Positions 12,545-25,684 of a DNA stretch of 64,000 nt are shown piece by piece (position 1 is the stretch's first letter; every line of letters begins with the position of its first letter). The position numbers and the translations under genes were made by a program. The notes below the pieces were generated by a model. It was not told the origin of the DNA, made no database searches, and saw nothing but the letters and a program-made list of their open reading frames with translations. This DNA is from Heterodontus francisci (Eukaryota), in the NCBI RefSeq assembly GCF_036365525.1, contig NC_090392.1, forward strand, positions 58,653,247 to 58,717,246, read 5' to 3'.

Positions 12545-12920
12545 TAAGCAGTGGTTCAGTGGTTGCACTCTCGCCTTTTGAGTTAAAAGCCCGTCCAAGA
12601 CCTAAACACAATTTAGGTTGACGTTCATGTGGTACTGCATTGCTTGATGTGTTGATGAAGGCCCTGTCTACCTGCTCAGGTGAATATGGCACTCATTGAA
12701 CAAGACCATTTGCAGTTCTCTTGGTGTCTTGACCAATATTTCATCCTGAATTAATCCCATCAAAAATAGATTAACTGGTCATTTATCTCATTGCTTTTTG
12801 TTGGCTTGGTTGTGTAAATTGGCTTCAAAACGGTAATGACGGCACTTTATTATTTATTGGCTGTAATGCACTTTGGGATGTCCTGAGGATGCTAAAATGC
12901 TGTATATATAGAATTGATGT
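12545..12920 (+). mobile_element. SacSINE1/Deu-SINE-like SINE, old
   Basis: tRNA-like head gtggttcagtggttgcactctcgcct, body similar to 46198-46625, and L2-type tail. Confidence 0.6.
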
Positions 12921-13347
12921 TGTCCACTGCGAACTGGTAACCCGGAGTGCGTGTTGCAGCATACAACCATAGAAAATGAACAAAAGAAGGAAGAAAAGCT
13001 GCTGTGAAGGGAAAGGAACATCTAGAAGTACTCACGATTGTGAATATGCCCTTGGTCCACAATCAGAGCCTTCTGAATTTGCTACCTGTATTAAAATCAA
13101 TGGGGTGCTCTGAGATATAGACCAATTCTCCTTCCTGTCACTGGTGTTGCTAAGAGCTCTCGAAGGAAGGAAGCCTGATGGGCAGGATTTATGTTGGGGG
13201 AAAAATATTGAAGTTACTTTTTTTTTAAACTAACACCTATTTTAATATTTTTCGTCATAGGCACTGAACAGTAAGTCTGCATCACAGACTCTCCTTTCCT
13301 TTTGTGCTATTACCACATTTCTTTCACATTTTTCCCTTTTAAATTAG

Positions 13348-13431
13348 ATTGTAATTTTTGAAGAGAGCAGTGCGGGACAAACAGTTGAGTTTTTAGACAA
13401 GCCTGACTTAGGACAAGCTCAACATGTATGA
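13348..13431 (+). CDS. GLB1L2: GLB1L2-like final coding exon
   Basis: Polypyrimidine tract plus ttAG (13346-13347). Translates IVIFEESSAGQTVEFLDKPDLGQAQHV then TGA (13429-13431), a typical GLB1-family ending. GLB1L2 rather than GLB1L3 is inferred from tail-to-tail adjacency to B3GAT1. Confidence 0.9.
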   Translation: MVIFEESSAGQTVEFLDKPDLGQAQHV

Positions 13432-13520
13432 AGATGAGAACAAAATTTTTCTCAACTATTCCTGATTAACTTTTTAAACTTTTGTACCGATGTCTGATCA
13501 ACACAACATTGAAGTATCGG

Positions 13521-13526
13521 AATAAA
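13521..13526 (+). terminator. Candidate polyadenylation signal of the GLB1L2-like gene
   Basis: AATAAA about 90 nt after the stop, with T/GT-rich sequence downstream; a second AATAAA at 13697-13702. Confidence 0.5.
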
Positions 13527-14269
13527 ACTTTTGAAAAATACTTGAACAACTTATGATTCAGTTGATTTGTTCTATTGTAGAATTGTTTAAAATTTATAAG
13601 TGCTTAAAATTACACTGAGTGGGAGTGTAGAAATGCTTAACACGCTGTTTGAAATCTCGTTCCCCACAATTTTAGTAAAGAGGTTAACTTGTTTAAAATA
13701 AATGTGTTGATACCTTCGTCGAATAAGTGAGCAAAAGAATTAAAAGTGTGTTAATTGCTTCCATGTTATTAACCAGCAGCATAATTTCAAGGCTGAAATG
13801 TGCAAGATTAATCTATTTTTGTATAATAGTTAACGAAAATCCATTTCATCTGTTTTGCATTTAATTTTCTCATTAGAGGTTATATTTTAATAATCTTGAC
13901 ATTTGGATGAATTCTCCATCCACAGATCTCTCCATGTTATAAAATAGTGTGAAATATCAAACTGGAGGAGTTGCAGTAAAGTCCTTTATGGCTTTCTTTG
14001 GAAGTACTGTGTAACAATCTCTTCCTGTGTCTTTCAGAAGCCTTTCCTCACATATTAAGTTGGTAAACTAGTTGGGCACAGTGCCATTAATTCTTGTGCC
14101 AGGAGACAGTTGCTGTCCTACAACTCTCGTCTTAGCATTGCAAATTTTTCTCTGTGATGGTCTACAGGGGTTGTTCATTTTTCAATGAGTTACACAGGAG
14201 GAAGCCCTTATTTAAATGGGTGCTTTCAACTTCCTGTCAATCCAGTAACTGCAACTTACAATTAAACCA

Positions 14270-15305
14270 ACCTTTGTTGCAGGGCAATCATCTCAGTCTC
14301 AGGACATCACTGCATGAGTTCCTCAGGGTAGTGACCTAGGTCCAACCATCTTTAGCTCCTTCATCAATGACCTTCCCTTCATCATAAGGTCAGAAGTGGG
14401 GATGTGCACTGATTGTGCAATGTTCACCATTCATGACTCCTCAGATACTGAAGCAAACCATTTCCATATTGAACAAGACCTGGACAACATCCAGGCTTGG
14501 GCTGATGAGTGGCAAGCAACATTCGTGCCACACAAGTGCCAGGCAATGACCATCTCAAACAAAGAGAGAATCTAACCATTTCTCCTTGATGTTCAATGGC
14601 ATTACAATTGCTGAATCCTCCACGATCACCATTCTGGGGTTTACCATTGACCAGAAATTGAACTGGACCAGCCATGTAAATGCTGTGGCTACAAGAGCAG
14701 ATCAGAGGCTGGGAATTCTGCAGCGAATAACTCACCTCCTGACTCCCCAAAGACTGTCCACCACCTGCAAGGCACAAGTCAGGAGTGTGATGGAATACTC
14801 TCCACTTGCCTGGATGAGTGTAGTTCCAACAACACTCAAGAAGCTCGACACCATCCAGGATGAAGAAGCCCACTTGATTAGCACCCCATCCACCACCTTC
14901 AACATTCACTCCCTTCACCACTGACGCACAGTGGCAACAGTGAGTACCATCTACAAGATGCACTGCAGCAACTCACCAAGGCTTCTTCAATAACACCTTC
15001 CAAACCCACAACCTCTACCACCTAGAAGGGCAAGGATAGCAGACATTTTGGGAACACCACCCCCTACACTTTCCCTTCCAAGCCACACACCATCCTGACT
15101 TGGAACTATATTGGCGTTCCTTCACTGTCACTGGGTCATAATCTTGGAACTCACTTCCTAACAGCACTGTTGGTGTACCTACATCCAAGGGCTGCAGCAG
15201 TTCAAGGTGGCAGCTCACAACCACCTTCTCAAGGGCAATTAGGGAAGGGCAATAAATGCTGGCCTAGCCAGCGACGAGCTCATCCCACAAATGAACAAAT
15301 TTTTT
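14270..15305 (+). mobile_element. Second LINE family (CR1/L2 group), 3' about 1 kb
   Basis: Decayed RT and C-terminus (VPQGS.LGPT; KAQVRSVMEYSPLAWM); tail gggcaataaatgctggcct...catccc. Confidence 0.75.
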
Positions 15306-16562
15306 AAAAAGCACCTTAGGACTTTCCTTCAGTATTTTCTAGGAAAGTAATCAGACAGAAATCTAAACCAAAATTTGAATATACAAAGAGGAATGACTTC
15401 ACAGAAGCTGGTTGGATAGATAAGAGTGGAATTAAGTGAGGGCAAGCCTGTTGAGTTGAACAATGGAGGTGAAGCATAGGAGGAGAATGGTGCTTTTGAA
15501 GTCTACAGGGAGAGCGAGGAGGGATAGTGCATCATGGTCACCCTCAAAGATGTCATTGAAATGCCCCTAATTAATGACACAAATGACTTCCTCTGAGAAT
15601 GTGATCATAGTACACCATTATTTGATAAGCAGTTCAAAACTAATTGAAGTGTCCTATCCTTTCCCCATTGCTCTGAATCTTCAACTGATTATTCCTCGCT
15701 TAAAACTTTGTTCTCATCTCAATTGCTTCTGATAAAACATTCCATGCTCGTAATTACTCTTCTAACCTCAGTCCTCATTTTCTTAATCACAATTTTAAAC
15801 CCTTGTCAATGACTTCTGAACCAGAGGAAATAGCCTTTCTTCAAAACATTTAAGTCTCTCCTCATAGCTATAGTTTCCTATCCCTGGGCCATGCACACTT
15901 TAATGTAAGAATTTATTTGTTACAGAAAGGAGCATTCTTTTTCCTTTCTGTTGCATTTCTTTCAGTTATTAATGTCTCTAGGTTCTCCATTAATGTTTTA
16001 CATCCACCCCATCAAGCTGCCCAAATATTCACAGCATTGTAAGTTTCTAAAACGTTTGTATCTGACGAGGGAAAGCTTGTAAACTTTGCACAATTGAATA
16101 AAAATTTGAGGTTTTAAAAAAAAAAGCCCACTCACCACCTCTTGTTGCTAAAGTGTGTTTATTTTGCACTCATTGTTCTTAATTTTTCATTACAAACTAT
16201 TTCTATCGAGTCCTCTGATTAATGATGGGAGCCTGAAAGGAAAAGCCAGGCCTCCTTTGAAGCAGCTTTCAGGTTCTGCATGAGACCTAGCACTGAAATA
16301 AATTAATGCAGGACCCCTTAGAATTCACAACTACACAAAAAAATTAATGTTTTCTGCTGGGAGAGTGGATGAGTTACAAACCTGGATCAGCTCAATAAAG
16401 ACAGACTGAAAATACAGTTGCCCTCTGAGACTCAAGATCTTTATTGATTCTGCAGACAGAGCTATGGAAACTTCAAGCTGTTCACCTCCTATGGTAGGTG
16501 TGTCCAAGCCTGTGCTGTGTAGATGGATTGAAAGCCACCTTCTCATTAATTTGCTTATGGCA

Positions 16563-19190
16563 ATCATAGAATCAAAGAGATTTACAGCAAGGAAGGAGGC
16601 CATTCGGCCCATCATGTCCACATCAGCTGACGAGCTATCCAGCCTAATCCCATATTGTAGCTTTTTGACCACAGCCTTGTAGGTTACAGCATTTCAAGTG
16701 CATATCCAGGTATTTTTTTTAAATGTTATGAGGGTTTCAACCTCTCCCAACCATTCAGGCTGAGAGTTCCAGATCCCCACCACCCTCTGGGTGAAAAAGT
16801 TCCTCCCCCTCATCCTCTCTAAACCTTCTACCTCTTGCCCCAAATCTATGAACCCATCAACCAAGGGAATAGGGCCTTCCTATCCACTCTATCTAGACTG
16901 CTCATAATTTTATACACTTCAATTAGGTCTCCCCTCAGCATCCTGTGTTCCAAAGAAAACAACCCTAGCCTATCCAATCTCTCTTCTTTTAACTAAAATT
17001 CTCCAGACTGGGCAATACCCTTGTAAATCTCCTCAGTACCCTCTCTAATACAATCACATCTTTCCGATAGTTCAGTGACCAGAACTGCATACTACTCCAG
17101 TTGTGGTTTAACTAGTGTTTTATACATTTCCAGCATAGCCTCCGAGCTCTTACCTTTATTAGTCAAGGCATAGAATACAAGTATCTCGTTTTCCTTCATG
17201 ACCACCTTTACTTTCCTGTCCAGCCATCTTCAGGGATCTGTGAACTTGCACTCCAAGGTTCCTCTACCCTTCTCAGTATCTTACCATTTATTGTGTATTC
17301 TCCACCTTGTTAGCCTTCTCCAAATGCATTGCCTCACAATTCTCCAGATTGAACTTCATTTGCCACTGTTCTGCCCATCTGGCTAGTCCACTGATAGCTT
17401 TTTTGCAGTTTACAGCATTCCTCTTCATTATCAGACACATGGCCAATTTTTGTGTCATCTGCAAACTTCTTAATCATAGCCCCTACATTTAAGTCCAAGT
17501 AATTGGTCGGCACAGACTCGGTGGGCCGAAGGGCCTGTTTCAGTGCTGTATCTCTAAACTAAACTAATTGATTTATACCACAAAAAACAAGGGACTTAGT
17601 ACTGAGCCCTGTGGAACCCCACTGGAAACAGATTTCCACTTTCAAATATATCCATCGACCATTAGCTTCCTGCATCTGAGCCAATTTTGGATCCAACCTG
17701 CCATTTTGCCTTGGATCCCATGGGCTTTTTTTTTTCGTGACCAGTCTGCCACGTGGGACCTTATCAAAAGCCTTGTTAAAATTCATATAGACTACATCAA
17801 ATACACTGTCCTCATCAGCCCTCCTTGTCTGTAATTACTCAGTTTATTCTTTTCTCCCTTTTTAAAAAAAACAGTACAATGTTGGCTGTTGTCGTCCTCT
17901 GGCACCAGACCTGTAGCTAGAGAGGATTGGAAAATTGTCAGACCCTTTGCTATTCTCTTGTTTCCCTTAACTGCCAAGGATACATTTCATCCGGGCCTGG
18001 GGATTTAACCACTTTCAAAGATGTTAAACCCCTTAATACTTCATTATGTTAATTTCATCTAATATTTCACAATCCACTTCCCTGATTGAGGTGTCCCTTT
18101 TGTGAAACAGGCGCAAAGTATTTATTAAGAGTCATATTCACGTCCTCCGTCTCCATGTACAGTTATCCTAATGGTCCCTAATAGGCCCCACTCTTTCTTT
18201 AGTTATCCTCTTGTTCTTTATGTATTTATAAAAAATCTTTGGGTTTTCCTTGATTTCACTTGCCAATAGTTTTTCATGCCCTCTCTGCTTTGCTAATTTC
18301 CTTTAAATTTCACCCCTACACTTTTTATACTCCTGTAGTTTTTCAGTATTGAGCTCTCGGCAACTGTCATAAGCTTCCTTTTTTCTTTATCCTCTTGACA
18401 TCCAGGGGCTCTGCATTTGTTAGTCCCACCCTTACTCTTTAAGGGAACATTCTTGATCTGAACACTCATTATCTCTTCTTTGAATGTCTCCCGCTGATGT
18501 GGCACTGATTTATCTTCAAGTGGCTGTTTGCAGTCCACTTTAAATCACATCTCAGCTTTTCCACAAATGATAACTTTTATTCCTGGTCTATCTTTGTCCT
18601 TTTCCATAACTACCCTAAATCTAATTGAATTTTGATCACTTCAACCAAAGTGCACCCCAAATAATACCCCTTCTACCTGCCCAGCTTCATTTCCTAAAAC
18701 TAAGTCCAGAACTGCACCTCCTCCTTATCGGCTTGCCATATACTGGGTAAAAAAGTTCTCCTGAATGCATTTTAAGAATTTTGCTCCCTCTGTGCCTTTC
18801 ATACTAGTTCTATCCCATTTAGTATTAGGGTAGTTGAAATTCCCCCCCTTTATGCCCTATTGATTTTGCACTTCTCAGAGATTTGCCTATTTATTTGCTC
18901 TTCTATCTCCTTCTGACTGGGGGTCTATAGTGCACTCCCAGTAGTGTGGTTGCCCCTTTTGTGTTCTTCAATACAACCCATATGGCCTCATTTGATGATT
19001 CCTTCCTCACAGCTATAATTTTCTTGAATCAATATTGCAACTCTTTTTTAATCCCCCTCTCTATCTCATCTGAAAACCCTGTAACCAGGAATGCTGAGCT
19101 GCCATTCCTGCTTTTTCAGCCATGTCTTAGTAATAGTCTGTCAATATCCACTCTGTCTTATTCCTTAGACTTCTTGCATTGAAATATATA
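16563..19190 (-). mobile_element. Long degenerate CR1 (about 2.6 kb, internally deleted)
   Basis: FNKAFDKVPRGRLV and SSLATGLVPED remnants; 3' end near 16563. Confidence 0.75.
17506..17564 (+). mobile_element. Severely 5'-truncated HE1/HER1-type tail insertion
   Basis: About 54 nt identical to 23015-23068, (CTAAA)n tail, TSD TAATTG (17500-17505, 17565-17570). Confidence 0.75.
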
Positions 19191-21183
19191 CTGTTTAGCA
19201 CTTCCAAAATCCCAATCTCAAGACCAAGATCTAGAACTTCTAATTTAGGACTTAGCCACCAATGAGCTAAATCTCTGCAAGCAGCATTTTCTAAGGTCTA
19301 CTAAATCAAGATAGGGCAAACTAGAGAGTTAAAAATAAGTGCTAGGGCTTTGAAGGCTGAATTACTATTGCTAGGGGACTCCAGTGCTGCTCTGTCTCGC
19401 TCACTGGGCAAGCACCTACTTTTCAATCAGTGTCTCCCAATAACACCTTTCTTTTGGACATCTGATCTTCACCATCATCTTGGCCTGTAGTATTAAATAG
19501 ACCTGTCACCAAAGAGAATGTTCATTGTTTCCTGCTCTACTATCAGCTGATATGAGATCCCCAATAAAATTAGCCACCAATTCCTGGAAGTTGTAGTTAT
19601 AAACTGGGCATGTTTTAAGTCGATTGCTTGGGGATATGGATGATGCCTATAAATTAGTTACCTAGAGGAGCTCTCAGACCATTACTAATTGTGGCTAATG
19701 AACTGGCACTGACCTTTTCATGGTCATTAAAGAACGCTACTAAGAGCAGGTGTACCATGCTTTATGTGGAGAACAGTAAAGGTAGGTTAAAGTGCAGGAT
19801 GGAGGGTATACTTGGGCATATTGAACATCATGGCAGCTATCGTGTTGACAAGCCGTCCTACATTGATCATTGATGAGCTGCCCTGTGTAGTTCTTCCATT
19901 AAGCTGGAGACAAACCATAGTCCAGTTCATGAAGAAACTGAGATTTGGGATGACAGCTGATGGAGGAATTTAACTCAAGGCTGCTTATGACAATGTGTGT
20001 TTGGATATTCAGGGCTTAATGCCTCATGATTGGTTTGCAGAGAAGCAAACAACTGTGGAAGCTTTGTCCCAACAACTAACAGAATCATCATTTGGTGTGT
20101 TAATGTGTGTGTCTGTGTTGTGGTCATGGTGGCGATACGCTCCGGTTTTGTGGCAAGTTCTACTGCTCACCCTGCTAGGCAAAAGGCACTCAAAGGACAT
20201 GCAGTCTGCTTAGTCACAGTTCACATCAATCAGTTGTGTCATGATTGACTAGTAACTATATTCTACTTTGGTCATTGGAAGGTAAGTCAGGTCTCTCTCT
20301 GAAGTTGAGGTAACTCCAAGATGGACAATTGGAACTAAACAGTGACCAACTCAGCAATCCTTTGTCGGAGGACTTCCTGCTCTTTGAATGCTACTTACGC
20401 CAGCAGATAAGGGCCTTGGTTTAATATCTCTTCCAAAGGAGCACCTCAGAGAATGTGTGTTGCCTCAGTGACTTCCTGGTACAGAGTTCAATCCAACAAC
20501 TGTTGAGCCAAAGGTAAGAGTCCCAACCATGGATAGAACCAGATTCGTCACCATGCATAATTAAACCGTTGGATATCTGAAAAAAAGTCTGACACTTCTG
20601 CAAAAACAAAAATGGAAAAACCCTGTCATGAATGCTGGTGTGTAGATTACTCTGGAAATTGGGTGCTACCATTTGCCACATACCTTAATGTTTTCTATAA
20701 AGAGTAGGTCAATAAACAGCATCAGCCCTTTTCAACAACCACAGCAGACAACTGTACTTTGTCATTTTTTTTAATTTAGGATTCTCTCTTACTAAAATGA
20801 CATTATGGGGGATTGTGTGCAATCAGCAATACATTAACATGCAAAAAAAATAGTGCAACCGTCACAGAGACTGAAATGTTACGATCTATGTAGAAAGAAA
20901 TCAAATACATTTATTATACAGCGAGAAAGAAAAATCATTCTGATATCAGGACAGCCTTCTCAGCATCGTCTTTATGAAATTAAAGCTGTTTAGGAAAAGC
21001 AGTTTTGGCAGCCTGGGTCGAAAGAATGTGTGAATCGTTTATCAGCCGTAGTCTTGGGGCTGTCACTGAAGACATTGATCAGTATATGACTCAGGCGTTT
21101 GAATGCAGAACTAGTTTTATATTCTTATGTCTTTAATCTTGTGCCTATTTTTTTGCCCAGTCTCTCAAAATTGCATTCCTACT

Positions 21184-21197
21184 CTGCCACCTGGTGG
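21184..21197 (-). promoter_or_regulatory. Candidate CTCF binding site
   Basis: Reverse complement CCACCAGGTGGCAG matches the CTCF core consensus CCASYAGRKGGCRS at every position, in apparently non-repetitive DNA between the two genes. Confidence 0.55.
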
Positions 21198-21407
21198 TTT
21201 CATAAAGAAAGCTGCAGTTTCCCTTTTCAGCCCTCATGATACCTTCAAGCCAAATCGGGGGGAAGAAAATAATTCTAAATCAAGTAGCCAATGATTTAAT
21301 ACCAGAGCCTTTAGGAAAAAAAGCTACCAGAATTAAGCTAAAAAAAATGCACCAGGAAGGAACTTTTTTTTTAAAAAAAGCTATTTTTAAAAGGAAATCC
21401 AGGATTG

Positions 21408-22150
21408 GTGAGGCCACACCTTGAATACTGTGTGCAATTTTGGTCTGTTTACCTAAGGAAGGATATACTTGCCCTAGAGGAGTGCGACAAAGATTCACGA
21501 GGCTGTTTCCTGGGATGAGGGGAGTGTCCCATGCGGAGAGATTGAGTAGACTAGGCCGATATTCCCTGGAGTTTACAAGAATGAGAGGTGATCTAATTGT
21601 AACATATAAAATTCTTATGAGAGGGTGCCATGCTATGGTGTTGGTCTGCCCAAAGGCAGGTCCTTTTTTTTTCCTCCATCAAGGAGAGATTAGTGTGACT
21701 AGAGAAGAGGGAATATGAGGTCGTTTCCCATTGCCTTTCTCAGGCCAGAATGGTATTGAACCCATGCTGTTGAAGTGTTCTGAACCACACTAGCCATCGA
21801 GTCAACTGAGATATGACAAGTTAGATGGTGCGAAAGTGTTTCCCTAGCTGGGGAATCTACAACATGTGGTCACAGTCTCAAAATAAGGTTTCGTCCATTG
21901 AGGACTGAGATGAGAAATTACTTCACTTCAAAGTGTTGTGAATCTTTGGAATTCTCTACCCCAGAGAGCTGTGAATGCTCAGTTAATGAGTATATTCAAC
22001 ACAAAGATAGATAGATGTTGGGATATTAAGGTTTATGGAGATAGTGTGCGTAGGTGGAATTAAGGTAGCAGATCAGCCATGATCTTGTTAAATGGCAGAG
22101 CAGGCTCAAATGGCCTACTCCCACTCCTATTACTTACATTCCTATTTTAT
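21408..22150 (+). mobile_element. CR1 3' fragment with a nested antisense tRNA-derived SINE-like insert (about 21621-21811)
   Basis: RLSRLGRYSLEFTRMRGDLIVTYKIL. The insert has minus-strand A/B-box-like motifs (ctcagttg; ggttcaatacc) and TATGA on both sides. Confidence 0.65.
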
Positions 22151-22740
22151 GTACTTAGTAATACTGCTGCAGAGCCCTGTCCTGGCTAAAAACAAGATAA
22201 ACTCGAAAGCAAAACAATCACTGAAATTCAAGCATTGGTATTTAAAGATCTTGCAACAAGAAAAAGAGGCACACTTAATTTATGTATTTTTGAAAGAGTT
22301 TCCTACTTCAACAAACTTTGATTATTAAGTTTAAATTCTTCAAAAATAAGGTTTATATTTTTCAGCAGAATCACATCTGATGCTTAGGGCAGTAGGTGGG
22401 AGTTTTCAAATATTAGCATGAATTCACTTAGTTACAGCTGAGTGCCTTACTCTGATGGTGACTGCAAAGCAATTGTTGATGTGTTTTGTGCAGATGTGAA
22501 TATGTACAATGCACATTGCAAATATGGGATATAAATTAAAGTTCACAAGAGCTCAGACATGTTATATTTGTTGAGAGCCGAGGTGAAGGGGCAAAGCCCA
22601 TGGTACAGCAGCTACTGAAAGAGACAACATTAAGCTTGGGTTTTAAGCTTTGCATCTTGTCTCGGATTATGAGAGAGCTGCCAGAAGATCTTCCCCAGAC
22701 ATGGCAGAGGTATCATGTCTTTTCATGTAATATAGATGTC

Positions 22741-23079
22741 GGTACAGTGGCGCAGTGGTTAGCACTGCAGCCTCACAGCTCCAGCGACCCGGGTTCGATT
22801 CTGGGTACTGACTGTGCGGAGTTTGCAAGTTTTCCCTGTGACCGCCTGGGTTTTTGCCAGGTGCTCCAGTTTCCTCCCACAGCCAAAGACTTGCAGGCTG
22901 ATAGGTAAATTGGCCATTATAAATTGTCCCTAGCATAGGTAGGTGGTAGGGGAATTGTGGGGATGTGATAGGAATATGGGATTAATGTAGGATTAGTATA
23001 AATGGGTGGTTGATGGTCGGCACAGACTCGGTGGGCCGAAGGGCCTGTTTCAGTGCTGTATCTCTAAATTTAAAAAAAA
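22741..23079 (+). mobile_element. HE1-like V-SINE (tRNA-derived)
   Basis: A box gtggcgcagtgg, B box ggttcgattc, V-domain tgtgcggagtttgca...tgctccagtttcctcccaca, CR1-type tail, ATGTC flanking both sides. Confidence 0.85.
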
Positions 23080-24794
23080 ATGTCATTGGACTTTGATAGG
23101 TAATGCAAGTAAGCACACCTGTTAATATATCTTTCTAGAAGTTCTTTCCAGTGACATTTGTCCTGAAGATTCATTTTCGTCAGAGGTTGAGGGTGCTACT
23201 CTCCTTTCTCACTCCTACATTCTGGTTCTCGTGACTATAGACTAGCAATGAATATGAAAAGCACAGAGTGTTTGGATTGGTTTAGACTGCCCGTGTTCAG
23301 AATGGTAGGAAGAAGAACTTTTAATGACTGTAATTCATGCAAATATTCGAGGCATTTTTGTGTAACATCTGTAGCCTAACATCATCAACCTGTAAATTGT
23401 GCACCTAAACTACCAGCTGGAAGGGGCAAGAAAGCACAATTGTTAAAATCAATCTCAACTAATGGATTCAGACACGCAACTTCAGTAGTCTGGACTGCAG
23501 TTTGAAAATGACTGTGATCTTGGACTTGTGCAAAGTGTAAACAGAAATGCAGCCACAGTATGTGTTATAGCAAGGAGAATGTCAGTAGTGCTATGCAGGA
23601 ATCTGGCTCTTAGTTCATCCAACTATAACCCTGGGTGTTGTGAACAATGAGGTTAATTAAGCTGCGTGCTATGCTAGGCTAATCACTATCCCATGTGTAA
23701 TATAATCATGATAACCACAATATTCAGCATCTGCTGCGTGTAAGAATTTAAACCGTCCAGCTTGAATATTGTTGAGACTGTGAGCAAATGTAGGACCATC
23801 TTTAATGTAGCTTTTATACAAATGGTAATAAACAACGGTTGGGATTTTTTTCTTTAGGTCCTGATGTAACTGCTGTGCATTTGCAGCATTTTCTATTTTT
23901 ATATCAAACATATCAGTCCTGTTGCAAGCTGGGTGAGACGAGTGATAGAAGATATGACACTATGTTATATGAAGCATGTGTGACCTGCAAAACAATCTCT
24001 GGCTTGGGCTGTACACGATGTGACTAACCCTCCTTATTTATGTTTTAATAAAATATAAGTAAAGGTAATTTTCAAGCCTGTTCTCTCCACATGCCACCTA
24101 CCATTTGTCCTGCCAAAGATTCTAAACAACCCACTAAATCTCACTAGGGACACAACGAACTGCAGGTAATTCTGTAAATGGATCAGACTCTGAAATCACT
24201 GACCTTTAGAAGTAATCACCCGGAATATTAATCTAGTCTCCCAACCCACATTTAGATTGTATTCCACATTGACCCATCCCTAGTTCCAACAGCATCATGT
24301 TCCAAATGTATTTGTGTCTATGGAGGAAAAGGCAGGGAAATGGGACTAGAGAAGATAGCCCTGGTTAAAGAGGCAGAACTAGCATGTGTGAGATGTGTAC
24401 AAATCTTTCTTCTGTGGTATAATTGCTGTAATTTTAGCCCTTCTATATTTAGCTTTTTACAAGGTGGTTGCCAACAACAGAATTGAGAGGGATGAGCTTC
24501 AATGGAGTAAATGACCTTTCTTGTCCTTCTATCATGTTCCTATTCAGCTGGGAGTCTAATGCACAGATCCATTACTCAGTGTGGAGAAATATTCTTTCAG
24601 TGTTTAGACCCATTTGGAATTTCATTCTGTTTTTACCTGTTCCTCCTCCCCTATCCTGTCTTCTTGTTATAATCAAATAGCCTGCTTACTTCTACACTAA
24701 CCATACTTTTAAATACTTTAAACAGATCTCCAATCAGTCCTCTTTCATTTCAATAATAAGTTCATTTCTGTGAGTTTCTCCTCATAGCTTAGAG

Positions 24795-25684
24795 GAGGGT
24801 TGTCCAAACCTTTTGCAAGGGGGAGGCCACATTACATTTTTGTCTTATAAAGGGGGCCGGTGAGATAATTTTGGAACTATAAAGGCATTAAAAATGTATC
24901 TTGCTATTAATCAAAACAACAAAAAATTTACATTTTTGTGAAGAAGCTTTAAATGAGAAGACTAATTTATTGACTTACTTTTTCTTCACTATGTTGGATG
25001 CTGTTTTAGTGAGATATCTGGCATTTTTTTGCTTGCACAAGTAGTCAATGTTTGCCTACACACTTGATGTAGTAATGTGTAGTATTCCAGATAGATGTAA
25101 TTCTGTCAGGAGTGATCTTGATCACTCTCTCTCCGTCTCTTTCTCCTCCCTGTGTCCCCCCTCTCTGTGTTGTTCCCCGCTCTGTGTCGTCCTCGCTGTC
25201 TGTGTTTCCCCTGTCCCTGATCCTCCATCTCTTTGTCCCCTCCTCTCTCCCCCTCTCTGTCCCCCCTTTCTCTCTATCTCTGTCTCCCCTCCCCCCCCCC
25301 CCACTTTACTCTCTCTCTGTCCCCTTTCTCTTTCTCTGTGACAGTTGCAGGGAGCGGGTACGCTCAGCAGATGGTTGGTCAGTTTTTTTTTTAAAGATCG
25401 CAAGTCAGTTTGACAGCTGACAGCTGCTGACATCAGGAACAGCTGTTTCCCAACCTCGGGCAGGTTCGGGGTTTTGGAAAACTGCTGTTCCTGCTGTCAG
25501 CAGCTGTCAAACTGACTTGTGATCTTTTTTAAAAGTTGGTCTGACAAAGAGAAATTTCCCATCTCCAGTCATGGACCCCAGGCGAGGATGAGGAATGGCC
25601 GGGGTACAGTTTACATCCAGGGGATGGATGGAAACTTTTGGTGGACCGGATTCTGTTCCGTGGGTTGTATGTTAGACAAACTTG
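24795..25684 (-). mobile_element. hAT/Charlie-type non-autonomous DNA transposon
   Basis: Perfect 8-bp TSD GCTTAGAG (24787-24794, 25685-25692); imperfect TIRs gagggttgtccaaac / gttagacaaacttg; transposase C-terminal relic RSLLTELHLSGILHITTSS...CQISH* on the minus strand at 25006-25119. Confidence 0.8.
25125..25340. repeat. CT-rich low-complexity tract inside the hAT element
   Basis: Nearly pure polypyrimidine with ctctctgtcccc-like units. Confidence 0.8.

Noticed and set aside
19500-20450. Possible additional gene or exons between the two genes
   Set aside because: Only short ORFs with no recognisable motifs or consistent splice pattern; probably decayed repeats, but not classifiable by eye.
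22741-22815. tRNA gene
   Set aside because: A and B boxes run straight into a V-SINE body and LINE tail; this is a SINE head.
25048-25433. Pro/Ser/Leu-rich and Arg/Gly/Glu-rich ORFs
   Set aside because: They arise from the CT low-complexity tract in the hAT element.
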